A stretch of DNA of 64,000 nt from Candidatus Microgenomates bacterium (GCA_016188915.1 JACPGU010000002.1:241211-305210); one strand, 5' to 3'; shown: positions 36,123-44,983, counted from the stretch's first letter. Notes: a model not told the origin generated them from the sequence alone. Translations and numbers: made by a program.

Positions 36123-36896
36123 TTATCGCATTTTTTTAGCCATTAAAGCCAGAGCCGAATTTTCTTTGTATCTGCCCTTGCCTAGAAAAAGCGGGTAGAA
36201 AATTTTTTCCGCTTTTATTTTAGTTTTTCCCTCTTGACCGATGACCTGCCTTGTCTTTATCAGTCGAAAATCTTTGAGCGCTGGATTTTGCTGAAATTTT
36301 TTCCCCACTTTGTATATACCATAAACACGGAATACCTCTGATTTTTGCTTTAATTTTTTCTTTCCCGTCAAGGCTCCAATATTAATCAGCATCTGCCTGG
36401 TTACGTCTAGGGCCTTTGGGTAATTAGCCATTTTTTTGTTTGGCCCGAATTCTAAAGCAATGCCTCTTTGCACATGAGAGATGAGCTCCTTGCCCCCAAA
36501 AACATTTTTTTTCACTAAAGCAACTTTTTCTATCGGGACGAATCTTAGCATTCTTTTTATCTCTTTATCGTATTTAGTGACGATGGCGAGCCTGTCAATA
36601 TCAGAATTGGTGGCATGAATATCTATAACTAAATCATAGCAAGACAGGGCTTTTCTTAGTTGATAAGCTATTTTTTCCTCATTTTGACCATTTTTTTTGC
36701 CGGGAAAAGATCTATTCAGATCTTTCTTTATCCAGCGCTTCCTTTTCTCGTAGGCGGGTTGATTGCCAATGAAAAAATCCAAAACAAATCCCTCCTTAAC
36801 TTTTGCTTTTTTAAGTTCCTTGATCACTTTGATGCCGATAATTTCATCGCCATGGACGCAACCGACAATAGCGATTTTGAAAATTTTTCTATTCAT
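36123..36896 (-). CDS. succinylglutamate desuccinylase/aspartoacylase (AstE/AspA) family zinc hydrolase
   Basis: The motifs IVGCVHGDEIIG and the AstE_AspA-type Zn ligands are present. Confidence 0.7.
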   Translation of the reverse strand: MNRKIFKIAIVGCVHGDEIIGIKVIKELKKAKVKEGFVLDFFIGNQPAYEKRKRWIKKDLNRSFPGKKNGQNEEKIAYQLRKALSCYDLVIDIHATNSDIDRLAIVTKYDKEIKRMLRFVPIEKVALVKKNVFGGKELISHVQRGIALEFGPNKKMANYPKALDVTRQMLINIGALTGKKKLKQKSEVFRVYGIYKVGKKFQQNPALKDFRLIKTRQVIGQEGKTKIKAEKIFYPLFLGKGRYKENSALALMAKKMR

Positions 36897-36929
36897 AAAC
36901 TTTTAGTTAATTATATACAAAAACAAATT

Positions 36930-36958
36930 GAGGCGGGAAGTATGTTCCCGCCTCACAA
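36930..36958 (-). terminator. terminator hairpin GAGGCGGGaagtatgttCCCGCCTC
   Basis: The 8-bp GC stem is followed by a T-rich run on the minus strand after the GCS2 gene. Confidence 0.6.
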
Positions 36959-36959
36959 T

Positions 36960-37787
36960 TTAGGCAACATTTTGAGCTAAAGCTTGTTGGCAAATACCGT
37001 AACATACTCTGGCCCAAAAGACTATTTCGTCTATATCTTCCGTAGTGTCGAACATACGGAATTCGATAGTGCCATGTTTGGAGATTCTGATGAAATCCCA
37101 AAGCTGGCGCGGATCGTTGTCAAATCTTTCGTTGACTGCTCTTTGATAAAATTCTTCCCAGTTTGCGTAGCGAGGCGGGAAAAATTTGGTTATCATATGC
37201 TTCTGGAAGATGTCCATTTTGGCGTTCATCCCGATGGCTGCCCGGCAGTATTCGGAAATCCTCTGGTCGGTCGCTCCTAATCGACAGAGATATTTGAATG
37301 ACTCGACAGCTTTGTTGTAAACAGCCATGGCCTCTGCATGGCTAGGCATGCCAATATGGATATGTACTCCTGCTACACGACAAGCCGCCAGAAGCACTTG
37401 TCTCGGGAGATCTTTGGTGATGCCCAGATATCTCGTATCGGGGTAGACATCTAATGGCATATCTTCCGGCGCGACTGGACAAAATATGCGGGAGAAACGG
37501 AGTTTTTTTTCGGCTTCTTTGATGACTCCCTCTACCTCTAGAATGTTTCTTCTCAGATTTTCGATGGGGCATGCTTCTGGTGTTCTCCATTCCAGTTGAC
37601 AGGCAGAAAGCTCATAAGTGAAGCAATCAGACAATTCAGGAGCGATGGTCTTGATGCCCATCAGAATGCGATGGGCAATCGGAGCTATCTGGCCATTTTC
37701 GGCAAGATGACATTCTATCTCTACTCCGACCTTTTCGGTATTTTCAGGAGCAAATTGGTAAAGAGCCATAAATTCTTCCATTCCCAT
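36960..37787 (-). CDS. carboxylate-amine ligase (glutamate-cysteine ligase family 2, YbdK-like)
   Basis: The GCS2 motifs VGVEIECHL, GVHIHIG and GTIEFRMFD are present. The start ATG at 37787 is preceded by AAAGGAGA. Confidence 0.7.
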   Translation of the reverse strand: MGMEEFMALYQFAPENTEKVGVEIECHLAENGQIAPIAHRILMGIKTIAPELSDCFTYELSACQLEWRTPEACPIENLRRNILEVEGVIKEAEKKLRFSRIFCPVAPEDMPLDVYPDTRYLGITKDLPRQVLLAACRVAGVHIHIGMPSHAEAMAVYNKAVESFKYLCRLGATDQRISEYCRAAIGMNAKMDIFQKHMITKFFPPRYANWEEFYQRAVNERFDNDPRQLWDFIRISKHGTIEFRMFDTTEDIDEIVFWARVCYGICQQALAQNVA

Positions 37788-38054
37788 GACAAGTCGTCTC
37801 CTTTCGTTTTTTGTAAAATTTGGGAATAAAAAACTGGCCTTTGGCGGCCAGTTGTTTGTCCTGTTTTCAATATCTAAACATGTCAAACTAACTGATCGCC
37901 AAATGGTCAGTATTAAGCCAGAAGAAAAAATTACCTTGAGCAATATTTATCATGATTTTATTATATTCCTAGTCGCAAGATTGTCAACACACAAAACAAA
38001 ATTTCGTCTATAGTTGGGATATCTTGAGGTTTGCCTATGAATTTTACTTCGTTG

Positions 38055-38546
38055 TTACAACTTGTCAACAATGTCTATTTTTTTATCCAAGACGATGTCT
38101 TTCTCTCCGAATTTGAACATCCCTTTCAATAAATTTCCTTTTATAACATCTGGTAGCCAGAAAATATCATCCGGCCACATTTCCTGAAAAGGCAATTCAT
38201 TTATGGGAAACCATTTTGGTTTCATTTCATCACTTTCTTTTGGTTCGCCGTTCCAATTTTCAACAAGATAAACGTGAACCATTTGATCCCAGGCTGGATT
38301 ATGAGGAAAGTAAAAAGACAATTCCGCAACTTTGTTTAGGTCTTGCACATCAACATCTATTTCTTCCTTCGTCTCGCGTCTCGCGGCGTCCTCAATCGTT
38401 TCTCTTTGATCATTTACTTTTCCACCGACTCCGTTCCATCTGTTCATGCCAAAACCTCGTTTTTTCATAGCGAGACAAATATTTTTTATCTCCCCGTCTG
38501 ATTTTTTGACCAAAAATAAAAGTGTTGCGTCTCTTAATTTATCCAT
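38055..38546 (-). CDS. NUDIX hydrolase (MutT-like)
   Basis: The Nudix box GGKVNDQRETIEDAARRETKEEIDV is present. Confidence 0.8.
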   Translation of the reverse strand: MDKLRDATLLFLVKKSDGEIKNICLAMKKRGFGMNRWNGVGGKVNDQRETIEDAARRETKEEIDVDVQDLNKVAELSFYFPHNPAWDQMVHVYLVENWNGEPKESDEMKPKWFPINELPFQEMWPDDIFWLPDVIKGNLLKGMFKFGEKDIVLDKKIDIVDKL

Positions 38547-38589
38547 AATTTTTATTTTAATTATAGGTATACAAATTATAGCAGTTTCG

Positions 38590-39189
38590 CTAAAAAGTAG
38601 TTAATGATTTTTGTATTAATTCCGCCACTTCTGGCCAGGAATAAGCGCGACGAACATTGGTGGGTAAAGAACTATTTCTATTCCAAGGATGATCGAGCAA
38701 AATTACTTGTTGGCAAACAGGGGCGCATTCTATGGCATAATGCGCGCCGTCTTCTATCAAAGTGTCCACCCTCAAATTTCGGCAGATATCGGCTTTGGTT
38801 TGCCTTTCTTTTTTTGTGTGAATATTGTCGGAGAAATGAATTTCTAAAAAAGGATTATCAGGAAAATGTTTCGCTAACCATTCGTCGGTTATTGGCCGAT
38901 GTTCGAGAAAACGGGAGGTAATCAAAGACAAATCGTGTCCAGATGAGCGCAGTTTTTTCACTGCCTCTTGCGCGCCATCAAGCGGTAGCATTTTTCTCGC
39001 GTGCCTTGAAGAGAAAAAATCTTTAACGAGCGCCACACCCTCTTCCATAGTGCCATCCCACAGAGTCCAGAGCGCATACTGAACGACATCCTCATAACGA
39101 AAAGATGCCCCCATTTTTTCATTGGTATAAGTCAAAAAACTACGAGTGAAGTCACAAAGCACATTATCTATATCAATGCCGATACGCAT
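38590..39189 (-). CDS. HAD-superfamily 5'(3')-deoxyribonucleotidase (NT5C-like)
   Basis: The DxDxV motif (IDIDNVL) is at the N-terminus. Size and layout match PF06941. Confidence 0.65.
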   Translation of the reverse strand: MRIGIDIDNVLCDFTRSFLTYTNEKMGASFRYEDVVQYALWTLWDGTMEEGVALVKDFFSSRHARKMLPLDGAQEAVKKLRSSGHDLSLITSRFLEHRPITDEWLAKHFPDNPFLEIHFSDNIHTKKERQTKADICRNLRVDTLIEDGAHYAIECAPVCQQVILLDHPWNRNSSLPTNVRRAYSWPEVAELIQKSLTTF

Positions 39190-39203
39190 AGATTTTTTAA
39201 TAG

Positions 39204-40511
39204 TTATGGTCGACGGCGACGAAAATGACCGCCAAAAGAGTTGCCGCCACGGTGTGGCCTGCCGGGGCGAGAGCCACCAGATCGGGGAGAGCCGAAATTG
39301 GGACGACCCTTTCCGCCAGTGGTCGGACGGCGCGGCCCCATTTCGTTTCTGGGCATAAAGGGCGCGGGACGGGCGGGTGGTAATTCCGGTAGATAAGAAA
39401 TAGTAATGGTTTGATTGATTAGTCTTTCAATGGCATGCAATTCGCGTTTCTGATCAGGGGCGATGAAAGAAATGGCGTGTCCGCCAGCGCCAGCGCGGGC
39501 TGTTCTGCCGATACGATGGACATAGTCTTCGGCGGCGGCTGGCAGGTCGTAATTGATAACCAGCTCAATGCCGACGACATCAATACCGCGGGAAGCGATG
39601 TCGGTGGCAATCAAGACGCGATATTTGCCCGACTTGAAGCCTTCCAGAGCGTCTCGTCTTTGCGAGAGAGATCTATTGGAATGAAGCTCGGCCACCGTGT
39701 GTCCCATTTCGCGAATAGCCAGCGTCAGTCGCTTGGCGGTGTGCTTGGTGCGAGTGAAGATCAAGGTGGCGCCACGATAATCATTTAATAATTTTTCTAT
39801 CAAACGATTTTTTGCTTCTTTGGGGAGCATGAAAACTTCTTGAGTGATTTTGTCCACGGTAGAACCAGCGGGAGCGACCTCTATCCTAATCGGCGTTTTC
39901 ATATAAGTAGTCGCTATCTTCATAATCTCGTAGGGCATCGTGGCGGAAAAAAGCATAGTTTGGCGTCGAGAGGGCAGGGTGGCAAAAATCTTTTTAATCT
40001 GGGGAGCGAAGCCCATGTCGAGCATTCTGTCAGCTTCGTCTAGGACGACAATACGCACTTCGTCTAGCTTCACTGTCTTTTGTTGCAAGTGGTCATTTAA
40101 TCTTCCCGGAGTAGCGATAATGATGTGTGGGCTACGGGCTAGCGCGGAAATCTGCGGTTGCAGAGATGTCCCGCCGATTAAGATCACTGTTTTGAGGCCG
40201 AGATGTCCGCCGATTTTGCGCAAAGATTCGTCTACTTGGATAGCCAGTTCTCTGGTCGGCAAAACCACTAGGCCGCGCGCGCCCTTTTCCGCTTGCAGTC
40301 TTTGGATCATTGGTAGGCCGAAAGCCAAGGTTTTGCCCGTGCCTGTCTGCGCGATGCCGACGACATCTTGACCGTCCATAGCGACAGGGATGGCTTGTGT
40401 CTGAATGGGCGTTGGCTGGGCGTATTTGAGCTTTGATAATATTTCCAAAAAATCCGGGGCGATCCCCAGCCCGGAAAAATTTGGCGTTGATGGTTGAGTA
40501 TTTGGTTCCAT
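39204..40511 (-). CDS. DEAD-box ATP-dependent RNA helicase (RhlE/DeaD-like) with an Arg/Gly-rich tail
   Basis: The Q-motif, AQTGTGKT, DEAD, SAT and HRIGRTAR motifs are all present. Confidence 0.9.
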   Translation of the reverse strand: MEPNTQPSTPNFSGLGIAPDFLEILSKLKYAQPTPIQTQAIPVAMDGQDVVGIAQTGTGKTLAFGLPMIQRLQAEKGARGLVVLPTRELAIQVDESLRKIGGHLGLKTVILIGGTSLQPQISALARSPHIIIATPGRLNDHLQQKTVKLDEVRIVVLDEADRMLDMGFAPQIKKIFATLPSRRQTMLFSATMPYEIMKIATTYMKTPIRIEVAPAGSTVDKITQEVFMLPKEAKNRLIEKLLNDYRGATLIFTRTKHTAKRLTLAIREMGHTVAELHSNRSLSQRRDALEGFKSGKYRVLIATDIASRGIDVVGIELVINYDLPAAAEDYVHRIGRTARAGAGGHAISFIAPDQKRELHAIERLINQTITISYLPELPPARPAPFMPRNEMGPRRPTTGGKGRPNFGSPRSGGSRPGRPHRGGNSFGGHFRRRRP

Positions 40512-40583
40512 ATTGGTGATTAATGGCTAAGCTACTAAGTATTAATAGCAATGATTATTTGTTTTTAGTATATTTTGTGGATA

Positions 40584-40838
40584 TTAACGATGAGGACAAC
40601 CGGCCCAACAGCAAGGCCGACGCTTTCCGTTCGTGAGATCCACGCACAGTCTCTCAACTCGACGTTTTCTGGTTTCTAGTTTCTTTGCGGATATAATCCA
40701 GCAAATCCATTCATTACGCGCGAGTGGCGTAATGTCCTTCCACGCTGTTTGCGCCGTCGGGGTTGTAGCAAGAGCCTTTCGTAAATCAATCGGTATTCTA
40801 TGTGGCGTCACGCCGATGGTAGCTTCTTTTTTTAGCAT
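40584..40838 (-). CDS. YdeI/OmpD-associated family protein (PF13376-like)
   Basis: The segment WICWIISAKKLETRKRRVERLCVDLTNGK matches the family signature (W....AK..ETR.RR). The gene and its upstream region are locally GC-rich. Confidence 0.6.
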   Translation of the reverse strand: MLKKEATIGVTPHRIPIDLRKALATTPTAQTAWKDITPLARNEWICWIISAKKLETRKRRVERLCVDLTNGKRRPCCWAGCPHR

Positions 40839-41100
40839 ATATTTTTGACTCCAAAATAAGCGACTCTTTCAAATCGTGAAGTTTCTGCCAACGGTACCTT
40901 TTGGTTAAAATCCGAACTTTTTTTGACGAAAATCCGAATCCCGAATTTTAAAATCCAATCGCTCGGGCGGGCAAAAAGGAAGGGGGTTGGGGGGAGCGAA
41001 TTTTTGCCCGCCCTCGCTTTCCGATTCCAATTTTTTTCCGCCTCCGCCGAATTTTGTGCCAGTGAAACTGGCGCGCCGTCCAATAGGTTTATTATAGCCG

Positions 41101-41976
41101 CTATTTCGAAACGAATCCAGCAGAGACCACCAAAATCAAACCCAAAATATAAACCGGTAAAAAGATTTCTTGAAAGAATAAAACAATCAAAATAGCCGCA
41201 AGGATAGGAGTTAGGAAAACAAAAGGCGCGATAAATGACGCTTTGGCATAGCTTAATCCTTTCAGCCAAAGAATATAAGAAAATCCGTTTATAAAAATCC
41301 CATTCCCTAAAATTGGAATTAATTCATTTTTTGACGGCATTGCAAAATGAGAAAATAATAACATTGCAATAAAAGAAAATAGCGTCGCCGAAAGAAAAAA
41401 TAATGTGGTCGCAGAAAATGGTTCAAAATTTACTTTTTTACTTAATACTGAAAATAAGCCAAAAACAGAAGCTGCAAATAAAACAATGAAATCGGTGAAT
41501 AAATTACTTAAATTTACCGCCGAAAAATCTCCCTTAGTTAATACAACGAAAACGCCGATAAACCCCAAAATGATGGCGATTATATTTCTTAGAGAAATTT
41601 TTTCCTTCAGAAAGAAGAAAGAAAAAATTACAATAAAAATAGGCCAAGTATATTGGATAATCAAAACTTCTAAACCTTTCGCATTGGCATATCCGAAGTA
41701 AAGAAGTAAATAATATAAAAAAGTTCCTAAAAATCCCAAACCAAGAGCAGTAAAAAAAGATTTTTTGTTGTAATTTTTTAATTCAAAAGCTTTACCTGAA
41801 AATATTGTGCTTAATAGTAAAACTACAAACGAAAGCAAGCTAGACCAAAACAAAAATTGATAATTATCCAAATTTGTCTGACCAAGTCTAGAGACAACTG
41901 GTATAAATGCCCAGAGTATTATGCAGGCAAAAATAAAAAGAAGTGCTTTTGATTTGTTTTCAGAAATTATAGTCAT
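41101..41976 (-). CDS. EamA/DMT superfamily transporter
   Basis: The protein has 10 TM helices and a duplicated EamA domain layout. Confidence 0.8.
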   Translation of the reverse strand: MTIISENKSKALLFIFACIILWAFIPVVSRLGQTNLDNYQFLFWSSLLSFVVLLLSTIFSGKAFELKNYNKKSFFTALGLGFLGTFLYYLLLYFGYANAKGLEVLIIQYTWPIFIVIFSFFFLKEKISLRNIIAIILGFIGVFVVLTKGDFSAVNLSNLFTDFIVLFAASVFGLFSVLSKKVNFEPFSATTLFFLSATLFSFIAMLLFSHFAMPSKNELIPILGNGIFINGFSYILWLKGLSYAKASFIAPFVFLTPILAAILIVLFFQEIFLPVYILGLILVVSAGFVSK

Positions 41977-41978
41977 AA

Positions 41979-42806
41979 CTATTTTTTCCTTACAATAATC
42001 ATCATGTGTCCACTTGTGTCAACAACAAAAGACTCGGTGCAAATTTGCATATGAATTTCAAGCCAATTTTTCCACGCTTCTGGAAATTTCTTCGCAAATT
42101 TGTTCGTTACTTTTTCATCAACATTCAATCCCTCTAGGCCAATCTTGCTGATAACTTCAATATTTTCTTTCAAAAACATTTTCTCTAATTCATCAGAAGT
42201 AAAATAATGGCAATAGCCATTACCCCGCCATTTATAATCCTCTCCATTTTCAACAAGGTTTTGAAAATGTTTTTTGAAACCAACTTCTTGCGGCCAGCCC
42301 GCTGGTGTGGCCAGCATAACTCCATATTTGCTCATTACGGAAGCAAAAATTGGTGCGCCAGCTTTTGCGACTCTTACCAATTCTGAAATGGCTTTCTGTC
42401 GTTTTGCTTTTGGGTGAACATGCGAAAGTGGACCACCTAAACACAAAACTGCATCAAAAGAATTGTCAGAAAATTTTGAGAGGTTGGTTATTGATCCTTG
42501 GACAATATTCTTCACTTTATTAGTGACTTTTTCTTTCTTGATTTGTTTTTTCGCAAGTTCCAAATGCTCAGCTACTAAGTCAAACAAAATAACATCGTAG
42601 CCCAATTTTGCGAGCTCAATAGTATATCTTCCTGGGCCACCTCCGGCATCTAAAACTAAACCATTTTTAGGAAGATATTTTTTAAGAAAAGAAAAAGTCG
42701 TTAAAAATTCTAATTCATGAAATGAGTCTTTAATTAATCTTTTCCATTCACCATTTACACTGGCGGAATAAACTTTTTTTGTTAGTTTTGTTTCTTTGCT
42801 GTCCAT
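41979..42806 (-). CDS. class I SAM-dependent methyltransferase
   Basis: Motif I (VLDAGGGPGRY) and motif II (DVILFDL) are present. Confidence 0.8.
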   Translation of the reverse strand: MDSKETKLTKKVYSASVNGEWKRLIKDSFHELEFLTTFSFLKKYLPKNGLVLDAGGGPGRYTIELAKLGYDVILFDLVAEHLELAKKQIKKEKVTNKVKNIVQGSITNLSKFSDNSFDAVLCLGGPLSHVHPKAKRQKAISELVRVAKAGAPIFASVMSKYGVMLATPAGWPQEVGFKKHFQNLVENGEDYKWRGNGYCHYFTSDELEKMFLKENIEVISKIGLEGLNVDEKVTNKFAKKFPEAWKNWLEIHMQICTESFVVDTSGHMMIIVRKK

Positions 42807-42808
42807 GG

Positions 42809-43024
42809 TTATTTAATTAAATCATCAACCGAAACATCTAGCGCTTTGGCGATTTTTCGCAAGGTTTCAATTGTTGGATTAGTAATTCCGCCGGTTTCAA
42901 GTTTAATGATTGAATTATAAGAAACATCCGCCGCTTTTGAGAGGCGATCTTGCGACAAGCCCTTGGCTTGCCTTGACCTCTTTATGTTCTTGATGTTCTT
43001 GCTTATTTTATTATCTTGCGTCAA
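42809..43024 (-). CDS. XRE-family helix-turn-helix transcriptional regulator
   Basis: The Cro/C1-type HTH region is QAKGLSQDRLSKAADVSYNSIIKLETG. Confidence 0.8.
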   Translation of the reverse strand: MTQDNKISKNIKNIKRSRQAKGLSQDRLSKAADVSYNSIIKLETGGITNPTIETLRKIAKALDVSVDDLIK

Positions 43025-43052
43025 TACTACTATTATCTAAACCCTGAAACCA

Positions 43053-43116
43053 CCGTTTGTAGAAATATTTTGGTATAAATACCAAAATATTTCTACAAAC
43101 GGAGAAGGAGGGATTC
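43053..43116. repeat. perfect 24-bp-arm palindrome fused to an 18-nt duplicate of the tRNA-Ser(GCT) 3' end (att-like scar)
   Basis: The palindrome is CCGTTTGTAGAAATATTTTGGTATaaATACCAAAATATTTCTACAAACGG. The segment ACGGAGAAGGAGGGATTC at 43099-43116 is identical to 43299-43316, which spans the tRNA T-loop to its 3' end. The two copies are exactly 200 bp apart. Confidence 0.6.
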
Positions 43117-43260
43117 CTCTTCGCTCCGACCCGCCTAGACTCGGCGAGGCTGGCTCGAATTCGGGGCGCTACACACAATGAAAAGTTGCGCTCGCTCGCT
43201 TTCCACCTGCCTGCCGGCAGGCAGGCTCGCGCCCTTCGAATCCCCGCCATATCTTGATTG

Positions 43261-43296
43261 ATAACCAAAGAATATCAATTGATATTCTTTGGTTAT
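43261..43296. repeat. perfect 18-bp-arm palindrome immediately 3' of tRNA-Ser(GCT)
   Basis: The palindrome is ATAACCAAAGAATATCAATTGATATTCTTTGGTTAT. Confidence 0.7.
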
Positions 43297-43299
43297 CAA

Positions 43300-43390
43300 C
43301 GGAGAAGGAGGGATTCGAACCCTCGATACGGGTTTTCACCCGTATAACGGTTTAGCAAACCGCCGCCTTCAGCCACTCGGCCACCTCTCC
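43300..43390 (-). tRNA. tRNA-Ser with anticodon GCT (type II, 91 nt)
   Basis: The minus-strand sequence is GGAGAGG-TG-GCC-GAGTGGCTGAA-GGC-G-GCGGT-TTGCTAA-ACCGT-(long variable arm)-GAGGG-TTCGAAT-CCCTC-CTTCTCC-G. Confidence 0.85.
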
Positions 43391-43552
43391 ATATTTTTGA
43401 TTTAAACATCACGATAGACTGAAACATCTTTTCTGCTCTAGGCGGCATATCAACCTTTGGTTGATTACGCCTTTCCCGCCACAACTATCATAAAATATTA
43501 TAGTAGGCGGGACCCCTGCCTCGCCGGCAGGCAGGCCGCCTTTGGCGGTGGC

Positions 43553-43573
43553 AGCCACTCGGCCACCTCTCCT
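43553..43573. repeat. 21-nt duplicate of the tRNA-Ser(GCT) 5' end, ~165 bp upstream of the gene
   Basis: The plus-strand CAGCCACTCGGCCACCTCTCC is the reverse complement of GGAGAGGTGGCCGAGTGGCTG, i.e. tRNA positions 1-21. It is adjacent to the GC palindrome CCTGCCTCGCCGGCAGGCAGG at 43516-43536, which pairs with CCTGCCTGCCGGCAGGCAGG at 43207-43226. Confidence 0.6.
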
Positions 43574-43676
43574 GGTCTAATTTTGCTCCAAATCTTTGAT
43601 TTTCTTGTCCATCTTAGCACAATTAAGAAATTGAGTTAATATGGAGATTCCGATATAATCATGTGGTAAATCAAAT

Positions 43677-43763
43677 GGAGAGCTGCCAGAGTGGTCGAAT
43701 GGGCCGCACTCGAAATGCGGTAAGGGCGTAAGCCTTTCAGAGGTTCGAATCCTCTGCTCTCCG
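43677..43763 (+). tRNA. tRNA-Ser with anticodon CGA (type II, 87 nt)
   Basis: The sequence is GGAGAGC-TG-GCC-AGAGTGGTCGAATG-GGC-CGCAC-TCGAAAT-GTGCG.. The anticodon stem CCGCA/TGCGG encloses loop CTCGAAA. The T-arm is AGAGG-TTCGAAT-CCTCT, the acceptor 3' strand is GCTCTCC and the discriminator is G. Confidence 0.85.
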
Positions 43764-43836
43764 TTTGCCCTAAACAATAGAGCGGCAAACCTAAAAGACC
43801 TATACTTTCATAGCTTCAAACTTATTATCATAAGGA

Positions 43837-44697
43837 TTATTTAAGGTTACTTAAATATTTCTTCAATTCATCTTTGGTCTCAGGATGTTTTAGCCCTAGC
43901 TCTATATTGGCTTTGAGCCAGCCGATTTTGGAGCCGGTATCATAATATTTACCTTCTATCTGACAAGCATAGACGGGACGTTTTTTGACCAAATTATTGA
44001 TGGCATCGGTCAGCCATTTTTCTCCACCTTTTCCAGGCTTTAGATTCTCTATTTCATCAAAAATGTCAGGAGTCAAAATATAGCCGGAAGGAGCGGCCAA
44101 AAGAGAGGGAGTTTTCTCTGGGCCCGGTTTTTCCACTACGGATTTTACTTGATAAATATTGCCGGTTATTTTGTCGGCCTCCAACATACCGTATTTTTCG
44201 GTATCAGCTTTTTCTACCGTATAGCCAGTTAGGACAGGATTTTGATATTGATTGAAAACTTCAATCAATTGTTTCAAGCGGGGCTTTTCGCCGACAAAAA
44301 GATCGTCACCAAAAGCGACGGCAAAAGGTTCATCGCCGATAATGCTTTTGGCGCACAAAACAGCGGCGCCATTGCCTGGAGAACCTTTTTGGCGGACATA
44401 GACAAAATTGGCCATTTGAGCTATTTTTCTTACTTCGGCCAACATCTCTTTTTGTCCCTTTGTCTCCAGCCATTGCTCTACGTCTTTAGAATAATCAAAA
44501 TGATCCTCAACGGATCTTTTCATGGAGCTAGTCACCAAGATAATATCGGTAATACCAGAGGCTACTGCTTCTTCTACGATGTATTGCAAGATAGGCTTGT
44601 CTACTATTGGCAACATTTCTTTGGGCTGAGCCTTGGTAGCTGGCAAAAATCTTGTACCAAAACCGGCTACCGGTATTACGCATTTTCTTATCGGCAT
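43837..44697 (-). CDS. galU: UTP--glucose-1-phosphate uridylyltransferase
   Basis: The N-terminus MPIRKCVIPVAGFGTRFLPATKAQPKEMLPIVDKPILQYIVEEA is the canonical GalU sequence. The start is taken at MPIRK, because the longer ORF-track start lies inside an inverted repeat. Confidence 0.85.
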   Translation of the reverse strand: MPIRKCVIPVAGFGTRFLPATKAQPKEMLPIVDKPILQYIVEEAVASGITDIILVTSSMKRSVEDHFDYSKDVEQWLETKGQKEMLAEVRKIAQMANFVYVRQKGSPGNGAAVLCAKSIIGDEPFAVAFGDDLFVGEKPRLKQLIEVFNQYQNPVLTGYTVEKADTEKYGMLEADKITGNIYQVKSVVEKPGPEKTPSLLAAPSGYILTPDIFDEIENLKPGKGGEKWLTDAINNLVKKRPVYACQIEGKYYDTGSKIGWLKANIELGLKHPETKDELKKYLSNLK

Positions 44698-44732
44698 ATT
44701 TTTTGTTGCATTAATTGGACTTAATTTCATCT

Positions 44733-44983
44733 GCATGGTGGAGGGGGAGACCCGCCTGCTGGCGAGGCAGGGATTCGCCCAGTTATTCGACTGGGCACCA
44801 GATCGAATAATCTGGCAAACTCATTTACTGCCTTAAACGGAGAGAGTGGGATTCGAACCCACGAACCACTTGCGTGGTTAACAGTTTTCAAGACTGTCGC
44901 CTTCAACCACTCGGCCATCTCTCCGCTTCTCTGCGGTGGCAAGACAATTGCACTAAACTACTATGCGACCCCTCCACCATGCA
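44733..44983. repeat. 15-bp inverted repeat (TGCATGGTGGAGGGG / CCCCTCCACCATGCA) bracketing tRNA-Ser(TGA) and ~160 bp of GC-rich hairpins
   Basis: The arms are at 44733-44747 and 44969-44983. Internal hairpins include CCCAGTtattcgaCTGGG and CCAGATcgaataATCTGG. Confidence 0.55.
44838..44924 (-). tRNA. tRNA-Ser with anticodon TGA (type II, 87 nt)
   Basis: The minus-strand sequence is GGAGAGA-TG-GCC-GAGTGGTTGAA-GGC-G-ACAGT-CTTGAAA-ACTGT-(variable arm)-GTGGG-TTCGAAT-CCCAC-TCTCTCC-G. Confidence 0.85.

Noticed and set aside
43296-44942. Small ORFs overlapping tRNA-Ser genes (43296..43484, 43457..43639, 44727..44942)
   Set aside because: They span tRNA genes and GC-rich palindromes, and their translations are Arg/Gly/Pro-rich artefacts of GC-rich non-coding DNA.
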